A program made the position numbers and the translations under genes. A DNA stretch of 64,000 nt from a phage: sequence record PZ154897.1. One strand, written 5' to 3'. Of the stretch, positions 48,758 through 59,014 are shown in pieces. Position 1 is the first letter of the stretch. The number at the start of each line of letters is the position of its first letter. The notes below the pieces were generated by a model. That model ran no database searches, was not told the DNA's origin, and was given only the letters and a program-made list of their open reading frames with translations.

Positions 48758-49040
48758 GAGAAATAATTCCTTGATAAGCCCAGTATGGCGGGTTAACAGA
48801 ATCATCGCCAGAATTTTCTTCAGGAAAATAAACCTGGATAACAAATCCAGATGCATCAAAGGTAAAATAAACCGTAGGCAGTTCACCTAACAATTCAGCA
48901 CGAGCATTAATTTCTTCGAGATCTCGTTCACGTCCAGCCCAAAAACTAGGATTTAGACTACATTCATAGAAATAATAGTCATTACCAAACATATCAAACC
49001 CCTTCCAACTCTCTACCACATACTGCTCAAAACTAATCAT
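48729..49040 (-). CDS. hypothetical protein (103 aa)
   Basis: ORF. Confidence 0.5.
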   Translation of the reverse strand: MISFEQYVVESWKGFDMFGNDYYFYECSLNPSFWAGRERDLEEINARAELLGELPTVYFTFDASGFVIQVYFPEENSGDDSVNPPYWAYQGIISRGTKLELKE

Positions 49041-49042
49041 AA

Positions 49043-49282
49043 TTAAGCCTTTTTATCAAGAACAGCATTAAGCTTGTTAGTAATTTTATCCAGACGCTCA
49101 TTGAACTCGCTAGAAGATAAGCCTTTTTCTGGAGAAATTAAGCTAATTACGAAAAATATAGCAATAAAAGGAATAAGAAAAATAGCACCAACTGCCATAA
49201 ACAAAAAGAACGTTACAGTTGTAAGAAAATCAGCTAAACCTTTACGAAATTTATACATATTTACCCTTAATTGATTAACCAA
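49043..49282 (-). CDS. small membrane protein (79 aa)
   Basis: ORF with long hydrophobic segment. Confidence 0.5.
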   Translation of the reverse strand: MVNQLRVNMYKFRKGLADFLTTVTFFLFMAVGAIFLIPFIAIFFVISLISPEKGLSSSEFNERLDKITNKLNAVLDKKA

Positions 49283-49372
49283 GCATTGATAAGTACTAAA
49301 CTATACTGCGAATAAAATTCTGGACCAAAATGAAAAATCATATCATTTATAGTATCAATAATATAATTCAGT

Positions 49373-49843
49373 TTAATCATGTTTCCACACCCCATCGGTA
49401 TTTGACCAAAGTCGCTGATTATCTGAACCTCGCCACAGCTTTTTGGTTGGAAGATTTTTCTCATACTTCCCATCAATAATAACATCAACATATTTAAGCA
49501 TTTCTAGTTGTTTAATATCTTCAAACTTGTACCCTGTCCACAACCAAATGCTTTTATTTGGATAAAGATTTTTTACAGTTTGAACAATGCAATGAACATC
49601 ATCTCGGTTATCAGGATAAAGAGGGTCACCTCCAGTTATAGTTAATCCTTCTATATAATCATTATTCAAACATTCAATTAATTGTTCTAGTGTTTCACCA
49701 GTAAATGGAACGCCATTTCTAGCATTCCATGTTGATTTATTATAACACCCTTCGCATTTATGCAAACAACCTGTAACGAAAAGAACTGTCCTGCATCCAG
49801 GACCATTAACAAAGCAGCACGGGTATATTCTGTCATAATTCAT
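49373..49843 (-). CDS. nrdG: anaerobic ribonucleotide reductase activating protein (radical SAM)
   Basis: CxxxCxxC cluster motif; 156 codons from internal ATG; adjacent to nrdD. Confidence 0.88.
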   Translation of the reverse strand: MNYDRIYPCCFVNGPGCRTVLFVTGCLHKCEGCYNKSTWNARNGVPFTGETLEQLIECLNNDYIEGLTITGGDPLYPDNRDDVHCIVQTVKNLYPNKSIWLWTGYKFEDIKQLEMLKYVDVIIDGKYEKNLPTKKLWRGSDNQRLWSNTDGVWKHD

Positions 49844-50670
49844 AATAATATCCAATTTTTCCAAGCTTCATCAGTAGAATTACAGCGTTTTAGTATAAGA
49901 TGTCTAGAAACTTTTATGGCATTTGAGCACTTTTTAATTGAATCATATTTAATACCGTCAACTGAAACGGTTTTGCTAGTTGGAGAAATTTTTCCATACA
50001 TTGGATTTTTTGAACCAACTTGAAGTCCTTTTAAAGCTTTTGAAAGCTTTTGTCTAGATTCCAATGACATGGGAGAATTCTTTTTACCTTCAATAATTCG
50101 CTTGCGATGAAGTTCGCGTTCTTCTTCACTCAAAGAATTGTAATATTTTTTAACACCGTTTGATATAGATAATTTATCTTTCTCAGACCGCTCTCCAGCT
50201 AATTTACTTCTAACATCTTTTCGCTTCATAGCTATGCTTACGGCTTTATTTAAATTTGCTTGATGCTCTGGCGTACGTTTATATTTCTTTAAAGCACGTG
50301 AAATAGCTATTTTAGTTTCTTCTGTTCTCTTTTTACCTTTATTTGCTAAACTATTTTTGCGGCGATGTTCAAGTGTCTGTTCATAGGCAGTTCCACCTTT
50401 TCCACCAGGTTTAATATTATATGTATTTTCTTTTAGACAATACTCTTCGGTTACAAGTTCAGCTTCTTTATCATACATTTGTTTTTCATTATCAAAAACA
50501 TGTAAAATTTCTTTATTAAAATTTTTTCTACCATATTTTAATAAAGCGGCACGAATCAATGTTCCTGACCCCATATAACCGTCATTTATGTTATCGGTGC
50601 TATGCGCACCGATATATTCCTTTGAATTAATTATATTTGTTATTTTATAAATTATATAATACCTATGCAT
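49840..50670 (-). CDS. free-standing GIY-YIG homing endonuclease with NUMOD repeats and C-terminal HTH
   Basis: YIIYKITN...YIGAHS...GYMGSG GIY-YIG module; overlaps nrdD 3' end by 8 nt. Confidence 0.8.
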   Translation of the reverse strand: MHRYYIIYKITNIINSKEYIGAHSTDNINDGYMGSGTLIRAALLKYGRKNFNKEILHVFDNEKQMYDKEAELVTEEYCLKENTYNIKPGGKGGTAYEQTLEHRRKNSLANKGKKRTEETKIAISRALKKYKRTPEHQANLNKAVSIAMKRKDVRSKLAGERSEKDKLSISNGVKKYYNSLSEEERELHRKRIIEGKKNSPMSLESRQKLSKALKGLQVGSKNPMYGKISPTSKTVSVDGIKYDSIKKCSNAIKVSRHLILKRCNSTDEAWKNWILL

Positions 50671-52480
50671 GTTTTACTCGTTTTACCATTTCTTTCATTT
50701 TACCTAAATTCCATGGAACAACGCTAGGAGTTCCAAGATATCCGCATGTTCTTCTTATTGTGTTCATCTTTTTAGGATCAGTTTCTCCACAAATAGAACA
50801 AACAAATCCGTTTTCAGTAGGAGTCATTTCATGGGTACTTCCGCATGTAAAACATTTATCTACCGGCATGTTAACACCAAAATAATCTAAATGTTGTGCA
50901 GCATAATCCCATATGGCCTCAAGGCCTTTTAAGTTATTTTTCATATCAGGAAGTTCAACATAAGAAATGTGACCACCTGTCGCAATGAAATGATATGGCG
51001 CTTCACGAGAAATCTTTTCAAACGGAGTAATATTTTCTTCTACTGAAACGTGGAAACTGTTAGTGTACCAGCCTTTATCAGTAACATCCTTTACACTTCC
51101 ATATTTTTCAGTATCAAGTTTACAGAAGCGATAGCACAGGTTTTCAGCAGGTGTAGAATACAAGCTAAAAGCAAAACCGGTTCTTTCAGTCCACTGCTTA
51201 AGACGAGTATTCATTTTAGTTAAAATTTCTTGTCCAATATCACGACCAACAAGAATATTCAATTCGTGAATACCAATGTATCCTAGGGACACTGAACTTC
51301 TACCGTTTTTAAATAACTCAATTATATCATCATCGGGTTTAAGACGAACCCCGAATGCACCTTCTTGGTAAAGAATAGGAGCAACAGTAGCTTTAACTCC
51401 TTTTAAGGAACTAATTCTACACATCAATGCTTCAAAACATAAATCAATTCGTTCATTGAACAATTCGGCAAATTTCTGTTCATTGAACTGTGTTCCAATA
51501 TAAGAATCTAGCGCAATGCGAGGAAGATTCAGTGTTACAACGCCAAGATTATTACGTCCATCAAGAATTTCATTACCAGTCGAATCTTTCCATACGCTCA
51601 AGAAACTGCGGCAACCCATTGGAGAAACAGGAATAGATGAACCTGTGATAGCTTTATTGTTCTTAGCCGAAATGATGTCAGGATACATTCTTTTGCTTGC
51701 ACACTCTAAAGCAAGCTGTTTAATATCATAGTTCGGATCGTCTTTATAAAGATTAACACCTTCTTCAACGAACATAACAAGTTTAGGGAAAATAGGAGTT
51801 ATCCCGTCACGACCAAGACCTTTAATACGATTTTTCAGAATTGCTTTCTGAATCATTCGTTCAGTCCAGTCAGTTCCCGTACCAAATGTAATTGTTACAA
51901 AAGGCGTTTGTCCGTTTGAACTAAAGAGAGTATTTACTTCATATTCATAAGCTTGGAACGCATCGTATACATCTTTTTCTGTTTTAGATTGGGCATAATT
52001 CAATGCATCTGCGATTTGCCATTTTTCCGCGTCCTCAATATGTTTCGCATAGGTGCGTTTAACATAAGGAGAAAGTACTTTATCTACATTCGCAAAAGTC
52101 GTTCCACCATATTGATGGGAAGCAACCTGTGCAGTAATTTGTGCCATAATTGCAGTAGCAACACCGATTGATTTAGGAGTTTCAATCTGTGCATTACCGA
52201 GCTTAAACCCGTTCTCAAGCATTCCTTTTAAATCTACTAAACAACAATTAGTAAAAGGCAATGATATACTGTAATCTAAATCATGAAAATGAATTAATCC
52301 GACGTTATGAGCATTTACAATATGGCTTGGAAGAATACTACAAGCGATATGTTTAGAAACAATACCAGCCATTAAATCTCTTTTTGTTGGAAAGACACGA
52401 GAATCTTTGTTGGCATTTTCGGTATTTAATTCTTTATCTTTATTTGAAATAAAATTTAAAACATCTTTCTCTAAAGACAT
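50663..52480 (-). CDS. nrdD: anaerobic ribonucleoside-triphosphate reductase (glycyl radical enzyme), intron-less
   Basis: 605-aa continuous ORF; C-terminal RRTCGYLG glycyl radical motif; Cys4 zinc site. Confidence 0.95.
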   Translation of the reverse strand: MSLEKDVLNFISNKDKELNTENANKDSRVFPTKRDLMAGIVSKHIACSILPSHIVNAHNVGLIHFHDLDYSISLPFTNCCLVDLKGMLENGFKLGNAQIETPKSIGVATAIMAQITAQVASHQYGGTTFANVDKVLSPYVKRTYAKHIEDAEKWQIADALNYAQSKTEKDVYDAFQAYEYEVNTLFSSNGQTPFVTITFGTGTDWTERMIQKAILKNRIKGLGRDGITPIFPKLVMFVEEGVNLYKDDPNYDIKQLALECASKRMYPDIISAKNNKAITGSSIPVSPMGCRSFLSVWKDSTGNEILDGRNNLGVVTLNLPRIALDSYIGTQFNEQKFAELFNERIDLCFEALMCRISSLKGVKATVAPILYQEGAFGVRLKPDDDIIELFKNGRSSVSLGYIGIHELNILVGRDIGQEILTKMNTRLKQWTERTGFAFSLYSTPAENLCYRFCKLDTEKYGSVKDVTDKGWYTNSFHVSVEENITPFEKISREAPYHFIATGGHISYVELPDMKNNLKGLEAIWDYAAQHLDYFGVNMPVDKCFTCGSTHEMTPTENGFVCSICGETDPKKMNTIRRTCGYLGTPSVVPWNLGKMKEMVKRVKHA

Positions 52481-53292
52481 AATTCTAATTTATCCTTTTG
52501 AAATTCTTCGTCTAAATATGGGTTCCAACCCATTTTAAACCTTTTGATGAAATTATCAATTCTAAATTTCGGTAAGTTTAAATCCGCAAAAATAGATGAT
52601 TTACTTTTAAAATATGGACCTAAATAATCATATAAAATTTCTGCGTATTTTAACCATAATATACAAGTACCAGATTTAATTGCTCTCGGAGTTTTCCAAG
52701 GTTTTACACCATACATCGGATTTCCACTTCCTTTATGCCTGATAGAAGATGAAATTCCAATTTTAATTTTAGCTTCCTTTGTGTGCGAAAATCCATGATG
52801 TGGATTTTCTTTCCAGTATTTTTTAGAAGCTTCTGATATTTTCTTTCTGGCTAAATTAGTATGATGCTTTCCATAAAATCCATGATTTTTACCTTTATTA
52901 CGATTTCTTTTAATCATGGTTATTGATTGCTTTTCTCTAGTTTCTTTAGAAGGAGAAATACCATACGTTGTAAATTGACCGTCAGCATATGCTAAATTGA
53001 AATACTCTTTATTCCATATATCTTTTTCTATATTCTTTTGAAATTCAGCTTCAATGCTAGTTATTTGTTCATCTCCGACTAATTGAAAATATAATATTTC
53101 AACTTTCGGCGTTTCTTTCAACAGGGCTTTTTGAAATTCGGAAGATGACGAAGACGAATAATAAAATTTACCATTTTTATCAATAATATTCGTTCCGTCA
53201 AAAGTGCAATTGGTTTTACTTCCAATATAATAATATGGCGGGGTTTTAGCATTAATTCTACTAATAAATGATAGTTTATATACTACATTCAT
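52471..53292 (-). CDS. free-standing GIY-YIG-like homing endonuclease
   Basis: VYKLSFISRI...YYYIGS module plus basic repeat units; ATGA overlap with gene 49 stop, 10-nt overlap with nrdD start. Confidence 0.65.
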   Translation of the reverse strand: MNVVYKLSFISRINAKTPPYYYIGSKTNCTFDGTNIIDKNGKFYYSSSSSSEFQKALLKETPKVEILYFQLVGDEQITSIEAEFQKNIEKDIWNKEYFNLAYADGQFTTYGISPSKETREKQSITMIKRNRNKGKNHGFYGKHHTNLARKKISEASKKYWKENPHHGFSHTKEAKIKIGISSSIRHKGSGNPMYGVKPWKTPRAIKSGTCILWLKYAEILYDYLGPYFKSKSSIFADLNLPKFRIDNFIKRFKMGWNPYLDEEFQKDKLELCL

Positions 53293-53762
53293 TTTAAACT
53301 CTTTCTAAGCTGCTTCTTGAATGAAGCTATTAATTGTGTTTTGGTGTCAGATTCATTATATTCAAATCCTCTTTGAAGCATCTCGGCCATCATTTCCTCT
53401 TTTCCTAAACGAGAAAATTCCTTTGATTTATCTCCAACGAAGTTAGGGTGAATATTATTTTGGGTGTAATCGGATTTTAAATAAGTAAGTAAATTTTCTA
53501 ACCATTCAAGATAATCAACACCTTGTCCCTTTAAGCCAGAACGATTAAATTTGTGCTTCATTTGACCTTCTGCGGCATTGCATAGATTACAAAGCAATCC
53601 ACGTACCTTTCCTGCTTTTGGTCCATTTAATTCATGGTCATGATCGAGGTGATTAGCTTGAACGTCAGGATTTAGTTCTCGTTGGCAAATTAAGCATTTA
53701 CCATTTTGTGCATCATAAAATTTCTGTTTTTCTTCTTTATATAATTTGCCAGTCAATAACAT
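53289..53762 (-). CDS. 49: endonuclease VII (Holliday junction resolvase)
   Basis: 157-aa ORF, T4 endo VII length; Cys4 zinc motif and H-N-H catalytic region. Confidence 0.9.
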   Translation of the reverse strand: MLLTGKLYKEEKQKFYDAQNGKCLICQRELNPDVQANHLDHDHELNGPKAGKVRGLLCNLCNAAEGQMKHKFNRSGLKGQGVDYLEWLENLLTYLKSDYTQNNIHPNFVGDKSKEFSRLGKEEMMAEMLQRGFEYNESDTKTQLIASFKKQLRKSLK

Positions 53763-53803
53763 AATAAACCCTTACCTTAAATAGATAAGGGTATTTATTA
53801 TTT

Positions 53804-54307
53804 TCAAGTATTGTAAAACATTTGATTCAATCGCTTATATTGCCGAATCTTTTGGTCAGAAAAAGAAATTTGAGTTTCAAGCCATTCAATATATTCTGCC
53901 GCAGCTTGCATCAAATTTCCTTCATAGCCATCATTGTTTTCTTGCGCAGCTAATTTAGCTAATGCATATGAAATGCGTTCACCTTGAAAAGCGGCTTTAG
54001 GTTTATGAATAGCTTGATCAACTCGTTCTACAACTTCTTCAATTTCGCCGTTTTCTACTGATTCAGTATTCCATAGGCACCAATATGTAATTGGCTTATC
54101 ATAGATGTTAATAACCTTTCCGTCAGAAAGTTCAATTTCAATAATTCCAGTATCAGGTTCTATATCATCTTCACATTCTTTTGCAAGTTCACGAACTTTA
54201 AAGACAGTACCTGCACTAAGTTCCGGCCAGTAATTACACAGCCCTTTATCAGCACGATTAATTCTAAACCACTTATCTACTGTAATCATGTCCCATCTCC
54301 ATATCAA
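53804..54307 (-). CDS. hypothetical protein (167 aa)
   Basis: ORF downstream of nrdC block. Confidence 0.55.
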   Translation of the reverse strand: MIWRWDMITVDKWFRINRADKGLCNYWPELSAGTVFKVRELAKECEDDIEPDTGIIEIELSDGKVINIYDKPITYWCLWNTESVENGEIEEVVERVDQAIHKPKAAFQGERISYALAKLAAQENNDGYEGNLMQAAAEYIEWLETQISFSDQKIRQYKRLNQMFYNT

Positions 54308-54412
54308 TTATGTCATTTATTGTAGGTTCATTATATACTGTTTCTTCATCAGTGTAAACCGGTTCTTCCGGTTCTGGCTCTACTGTTTCCCATCTAGCCG
54401 CCCACCAAGGTT

Positions 54413-54733
54413 TTATAGCGTAATCCATTCTCGTATTGTCTGAGTTACTACACGTTCACGGGGCTCGACTAATTCAACAGTCGGAACTGCATAATACCAG
54501 TCAGAATGGTAAGAACCTGAGCGAGATTCATTTACAGACACATGAACGTTATGTTTTGGACTAAAATAAACACACTGACGATATTGACATTTACCGTCTT
54601 GCACCCAGTCTTCTATTTCGACAGGTTTAAGATAATCGGAAAAATCGAAATCATAGTTTTCTGAAAATGCATCATGGTCTTCAATGATTTCACTCAGAAC
54701 TGCATCAACATCTAATTTATTTTCAATATTCAT
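54413..54733 (-). CDS. hypothetical protein (106 aa)
   Basis: ORF. Confidence 0.5.
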   Translation of the reverse strand: MNIENKLDVDAVLSEIIEDHDAFSENYDFDFSDYLKPVEIEDWVQDGKCQYRQCVYFSPKHNVHVSVNESRSGSYHSDWYYAVPTVELVEPRERVVTQTIREWITL

Positions 54734-54743
54734 TTGTCACCAA

Positions 54744-54953
54744 TTAATTTCGCAATTTATTAAGTTCTTCATAATCAATCCAGGATTCTAGTCCTGATGG
54801 CAAATCAGATTCAATTTCCCAAAGAAGCTCTTCAATTTTCTGAAGACGATCTAATTCTTCGGCTGGAATAGTAACCATTGACGGAGTTCTTGATACACTA
54901 ATATCGTAAATCATATTTACCCCAGTTTGACCATGCAATCGCCATATTTCCAT
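54744..54953 (-). CDS. hypothetical protein (69 aa)
   Basis: ORF. Confidence 0.5.
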   Translation of the reverse strand: MEIWRLHGQTGVNMIYDISVSRTPSMVTIPAEELDRLQKIEELLWEIESDLPSGLESWIDYEELNKLRN

Positions 54954-55132
54954 TTAGAAATAGACTTTTCACCATTAGAATAATAAACTTCGAGTTTAGC
55001 ACGATTATTTTTAATTTGAATAACCTTTGCTGTCATCAAAGTTCCATACCCATAATAAACTGCAACCTCATCACCTACATATACCGCGCTTCCGCGGTAG
55101 TCATGGATATAATCAGTTCCTTCGAGCATCAT
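54917..55132 (-). CDS. hypothetical protein (71 aa)
   Basis: ORF. Confidence 0.5.
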   Translation of the reverse strand: MMLEGTDYIHDYRGSAVYVGDEVAVYYGYGTLMTAKVIQIKNNRAKLEVYYSNGEKSISKWKYGDCMVKLG

Positions 55133-55392
55133 TTAAAGTATTCCCGCAATTGGTCAAATCCACCAATATGACTTCCATCAGGAGCAAATACTTGTGGCAT
55201 CGTCAGTCCAATTTGAGTATCACGACCTAGTTTCGTCAGAAGCTCAGCGATTTTCTCATCATCAAAAACACCTTTTTCCGGCATAATGTTGATAAATTCA
55301 AACGGCTGTTTCTTCACAGTCAAGAGACGTTTTGCATTATCGCAATACACACATTTGTGGATGTTGCTATCATAACCATATACTTTAAACAT
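55129..55392 (-). CDS. nrdC: thioredoxin/glutaredoxin (NrdC)
   Basis: 87-aa ORF MFKVYGYDSNIHKCVYCDNAK... matches T4 thioredoxin as recalled; CVYC active site. Confidence 0.9.
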   Translation of the reverse strand: MFKVYGYDSNIHKCVYCDNAKRLLTVKKQPFEFINIMPEKGVFDDEKIAELLTKLGRDTQIGLTMPQVFAPDGSHIGGFDQLREYFK

Positions 55393-55393
55393 A

Positions 55394-55651
55394 TTATTCC
55401 TTAATTCCTAGTACTTGTTTAAAAGTCTCGTCGTAATCAAGACTTTGGCCCGTTTGTTCTTTATGTTTGTATATAATATCACTTACTTCTGATAGCATAT
55501 TTTTATATGAACGAGTTAAAGCAGATTTAAGCACGCTGTATCTATCAGGAAATTTACCGTGTTCATTATAATACGCTATTGCTAATTCACGGACTGCCTT
55601 TTCAGCAATCTCCATATATTCTTTACGCTTTTTCATTTTCTTCTCGGTCAA
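55394..55651 (-). CDS. hypothetical protein (85 aa)
   Basis: ORF. Confidence 0.5.
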   Translation of the reverse strand: MTEKKMKKRKEYMEIAEKAVRELAIAYYNEHGKFPDRYSVLKSALTRSYKNMLSEVSDIIYKHKEQTGQSLDYDETFKQVLGIKE

Positions 55652-55940
55652 ATCGGTGTTTGCAATGACGACATTTATAACGAAGAATACTAGTCTGCCA
55701 ATGAACTAATTGTACCTGTTCAGTACCACATTTTGGGCAGTTCGGAACATTCTTAGAAGCCCTTTCGCGGCGTTCAACCATAACCATAATAGCATCCCAT
55801 GCCGGAGGTTTAAAATCTAAATCGTCACAACCATGAATCTTTCCACGCATTTCCAGATCGTCTTCTTCACCAGCCATAATAATTTTAATTAGACTAGAAT
55901 TACTTGAAGCTGCAATGTCTTCTAATAGACGCTTTTTCAT
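55623..55940 (-). CDS. zinc-ribbon protein (105 aa)
   Basis: CPKCG ... CRHCKH zinc-ribbon pattern. Confidence 0.5.
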   Translation of the reverse strand: MKKRLLEDIAASSNSSLIKIIMAGEEDDLEMRGKIHGCDDLDFKPPAWDAIMVMVERRERASKNVPNCPKCGTEQVQLVHWQTSILRYKCRHCKHRFDREENEKA

Positions 55941-56866
55941 TTCAATACCTCAATAGCATTACGTAAACCATTTGCTTTTGCATTAAGAGCTTTTAACAAT
56001 TTGGTGTGTTCGGCAATCTGGGCTTCAACTTCAACCAATCGAGATTTGAGATATTCACGTTCTTCACTCAGGTTATCAACCTTTTCTACTTTAGGTTCTT
56101 TTACATCTGGCTTATATGTATTAGGGTTCTTCAGTTTAATTAGAATGCGTGAACTGTATAACATTGAACCATTATCTTCGGTTTCGTCATACATTTCCAC
56201 TACGTCCATAATTTTTAGCATCATGCGGAGTTTATAAGACAACGAACGAATAGTTTTGTTATGCTTATTAATTTCTCTAGCATTCATGGTGCCGAGATTA
56301 CGTGAGTAATAATAAGGAACCTGGATATTAATTAATACTGATGAACCACCTGGCTTGTGTGTTACTTCATCAGCAATAACCCAATCCTTAACATGAACTG
56401 TATTTGTACGGTCATCACCCGCGGTAAACAGTTTGCGAGCATGCTTAAAAAGCATATTCACTTGGTCATTGAATTGACAAGCAAATTTATCAGCAAATTT
56501 AGTTTCAGGAATGGTAGATAACCAATCAGCCAAATGAGTCTTTTTAACATCGTTAACAATAGTAAATTCAACCAAATCAGTTATAGATGTCTCAGATTTA
56601 ATAAAGCTCGGCTTCATAAAGTTTTTAATGTTATCGCGAGCTACAGTAGAAGATAACATACGAGAACGTTTAAACCATTCAAGCAAATTGCCTAACGAAT
56701 GAGAATAAGCGTTTTGAGTATCTTTACAGATATGATTTTCCTGGCCAACATATTGAAGGAAATCACGAAGAATATTATTGATTACTGCTCTGTGCCCGAT
56801 TTGATAATTACGGTGTTTAGTAATAAGACTGTCAAAATAATCAATATAATGTTTACGAGTTTTCAT
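55937..56866 (-). CDS. hypothetical protein with C-terminal coiled coil (paralog family member)
   Basis: 309-aa ORF; shares LFKHARKLFTAGD-type motif with neighbours; heptad-rich tail. Confidence 0.55.
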   Translation of the reverse strand: MKTRKHYIDYFDSLITKHRNYQIGHRAVINNILRDFLQYVGQENHICKDTQNAYSHSLGNLLEWFKRSRMLSSTVARDNIKNFMKPSFIKSETSITDLVEFTIVNDVKKTHLADWLSTIPETKFADKFACQFNDQVNMLFKHARKLFTAGDDRTNTVHVKDWVIADEVTHKPGGSSVLINIQVPYYYSRNLGTMNAREINKHNKTIRSLSYKLRMMLKIMDVVEMYDETEDNGSMLYSSRILIKLKNPNTYKPDVKEPKVEKVDNLSEEREYLKSRLVEVEAQIAEHTKLLKALNAKANGLRNAIEVLK

Positions 56867-56918
56867 GTTCTTCTCACTTGGTTAATGATTTATACTCCGA
56901 GCCATCCTTGGCTTTAAA

Positions 56919-57920
56919 TTACTTAATTAATTGTAAAGCTTGTTCCAGACGATCCAGACGATTAACAGATTCTTCCCAAATCCTTTTAGTCTTCTCATAT
57001 TCTTTCTGTGCTTTATTAGAAATTTCTAGAGCTTCTTTATAAGCTTTTTCTAATGCAATAACTTCTGGACGAATTTCTACCGGTTCAGGTGAATCGTCAA
57101 GACATTCCATTAGTTCCTCAAGGGTAGTTTCTTCTTTAGGAGTATTCACAATTTCTTCGCATTTTTGTTGATAAATTTCTTTATCAGTCGGTGAGTACGC
57201 ACGCTTTACTTCACGAAGGCTAATTATAATTTTATATCCTTCCCAACCACACATATTTTTGAAAGGATATGTATGAATACTTTTTACAGTTTCCATACAG
57301 CCCAAAGCCGCCTCTAATTGATAAGTTATAGTGCTAGCAATTGAGAAAAATTTATTAATATTCTTTTGGTTAGCGTTTGGTGTAAAAAATCCATAATTCA
57401 CAAAAATAGCTACTTTATTTTTATCAAGCTCATATTCTTTTACGATAATCATATCAGAAGCCAAAGGATGAATTTGACGATAATCGCCATAGCATAATTT
57501 AGAAGCTGATTTTAGAATTTGTCCTTTAAAAAGTCTGAAATTACTAATCCAACGACGAGTAAAAATATTCTCAGGGTCTTCTTTATTATTAAGATGATAA
57601 GAATTAACATCACCGAACCAATTATATCCTACTACATCTTTAGTTCGTTTAATTTCTTTCCCAAATTTACTAAGAATATCTCTGTTGACTAAGTATGAAA
57701 GAAGACGAGACCCTTTAAAGGTTTTCTTAATGTCTTCTTTATCTGTACGACTAGAAATTTCACGAACTTCATGAATAAATTTGCCAGAAGAAACAATACT
57801 TGCATCAGTATTATTGAGCCATTGATTGATAATAGAAATCAAACTATTCTGACTAGACATAGGTTTAACTTTATCATCAATAACGCTGTTGAACGATTTG
57901 ATATATTCGTTGCGAGTCAT
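56919..57920 (-). CDS. hypothetical protein with C-terminal coiled coil (paralog family member)
   Basis: 333 codons from ATG with GAGGAG SD; RRWISNFRLFKGQILKSASKL motif. Confidence 0.55.
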   Translation of the reverse strand: MTRNEYIKSFNSVIDDKVKPMSSQNSLISIINQWLNNTDASIVSSGKFIHEVREISSRTDKEDIKKTFKGSRLLSYLVNRDILSKFGKEIKRTKDVVGYNWFGDVNSYHLNNKEDPENIFTRRWISNFRLFKGQILKSASKLCYGDYRQIHPLASDMIIVKEYELDKNKVAIFVNYGFFTPNANQKNINKFFSIASTITYQLEAALGCMETVKSIHTYPFKNMCGWEGYKIIISLREVKRAYSPTDKEIYQQKCEEIVNTPKEETTLEELMECLDDSPEPVEIRPEVIALEKAYKEALEISNKAQKEYEKTKRIWEESVNRLDRLEQALQLIK

Positions 57921-57949
57921 ATTAATCTCCTCAGTAGAAAGTAAGAACA

Positions 57950-57979
57950 TTATACCACATCCTTGTGGCAAAGTAAACT
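57950..57979 (-). promoter_or_regulatory. T4-type early promoter (TTTACT -35 / tggTATAAT -10)
   Basis: minus strand TTTACTttgccacaaggatgtggTATAAT; near-identical to promoter at 10352. Confidence 0.65.
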
Positions 57980-59006
57980 AGTTTAGTGCATTTAGTGCAT
58001 TGTTCAGTTTAGAACGTTGCTTCGTGAGATTTTTGACTTTTTCTTGAGCTTTTTCTAGCATCTTTTCAGCTTCTAGCACTTCATTAGTTGCTTTAACGAG
58101 TTCATCATCTACTGCCTTGATAGACTTCTCAATCGCATCTGCATGCCATTTTTCAACAGGTTTAAGACTCGGATTTTCAACAGGAAGAAAATTCACTTTA
58201 TTGAATTTCCATTCATCCTTATTACCTGAACTATACATCCAAAATTTAGGATCGTTTGATAAGTAATTGGATAAATTTAAATTTAAGTTATCTTGCACTT
58301 CCTGCTTTTTCTCTTGCGTGACTTCGTCCTTTCTCAAAAAATCGTATTTAAATGAAACGATCATATCAAGTTCATATGTTGTTGTGTCTAATTTAAATCG
58401 TTCGAAATGCTGTGAAATCTTAGACTGAACAGCAGCAACAACATCCATATACTTAAATGCTTCTGTCAACTGCGATTTAAGGCATTCGCAAATTGAAAGA
58501 GAATTTTTTGTATTAGGTTTAAAGCTAATTCGTGCGGTTCTATTATTTTCTTTTAATGGTCTTACTTCCATCTGAAGAGTATAACCATCAAATTTCAGAT
58601 TCTTTAAATTAATATCAGAACCTTTTAATCGACTCGCAGTTGATAAAATTTGCTTTAATTGCCTACGGAACAGAGCAATAAATCTCCATTCAATACGATA
58701 ATGATTTGGATTGAAAAATCCAGATGATAAATCGACCTTACTTTGGCCAACGCCTTGAACAAATAGAGGATTTTTATAATCAATAGTTTTACAGAAATCG
58801 GTGAGCTGCTCACGAGCAGTCATTTGTGTAATATATCCCGCTTTATTAAAATTACGCACCCATTCACTGCTATTCGTATACTTAAAGTGATGAATAACAC
58901 GATTAACTTTATCAGGGTCTAAATTATTTTCACACAAAAATGTCATAACATCACGAGTATAGCTGGCATTACGAACCATATCTTCAATTTGAGAACGAGT
59001 TTTCAT
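57978..59006 (-). CDS. hypothetical protein with C-terminal coiled coil (paralog family member)
   Basis: 342-aa ORF; RIEWRFIALFRRQLKQILSTASRL motif. Confidence 0.55.
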   Translation of the reverse strand: MKTRSQIEDMVRNASYTRDVMTFLCENNLDPDKVNRVIHHFKYTNSSEWVRNFNKAGYITQMTAREQLTDFCKTIDYKNPLFVQGVGQSKVDLSSGFFNPNHYRIEWRFIALFRRQLKQILSTASRLKGSDINLKNLKFDGYTLQMEVRPLKENNRTARISFKPNTKNSLSICECLKSQLTEAFKYMDVVAAVQSKISQHFERFKLDTTTYELDMIVSFKYDFLRKDEVTQEKKQEVQDNLNLNLSNYLSNDPKFWMYSSGNKDEWKFNKVNFLPVENPSLKPVEKWHADAIEKSIKAVDDELVKATNEVLEAEKMLEKAQEKVKNLTKQRSKLNNALNALN

Positions 59007-59014
59007 GGTATTCC

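Noticed and set aside
48434-48886. 150-aa form of the nrdH-like ORF and 82-aa ORF 5426..5674
   Set aside because: Both begin at non-ATG or SD-less codons inside the upstream gene; shorter starts with SD sequences give proteins of typical size.
50663-52480. Possible group I intron with I-TevII-type endonuclease inside nrdD
   Set aside because: nrdD is one continuous 605-codon frame through the glycyl radical motif; the endonuclease genes are free-standing on either side, not intron-borne.
53771-53800. Late promoter upstream of gene 49
   Set aside because: Only an imperfect AATAAATA box was found; too weak to call without transcript data.
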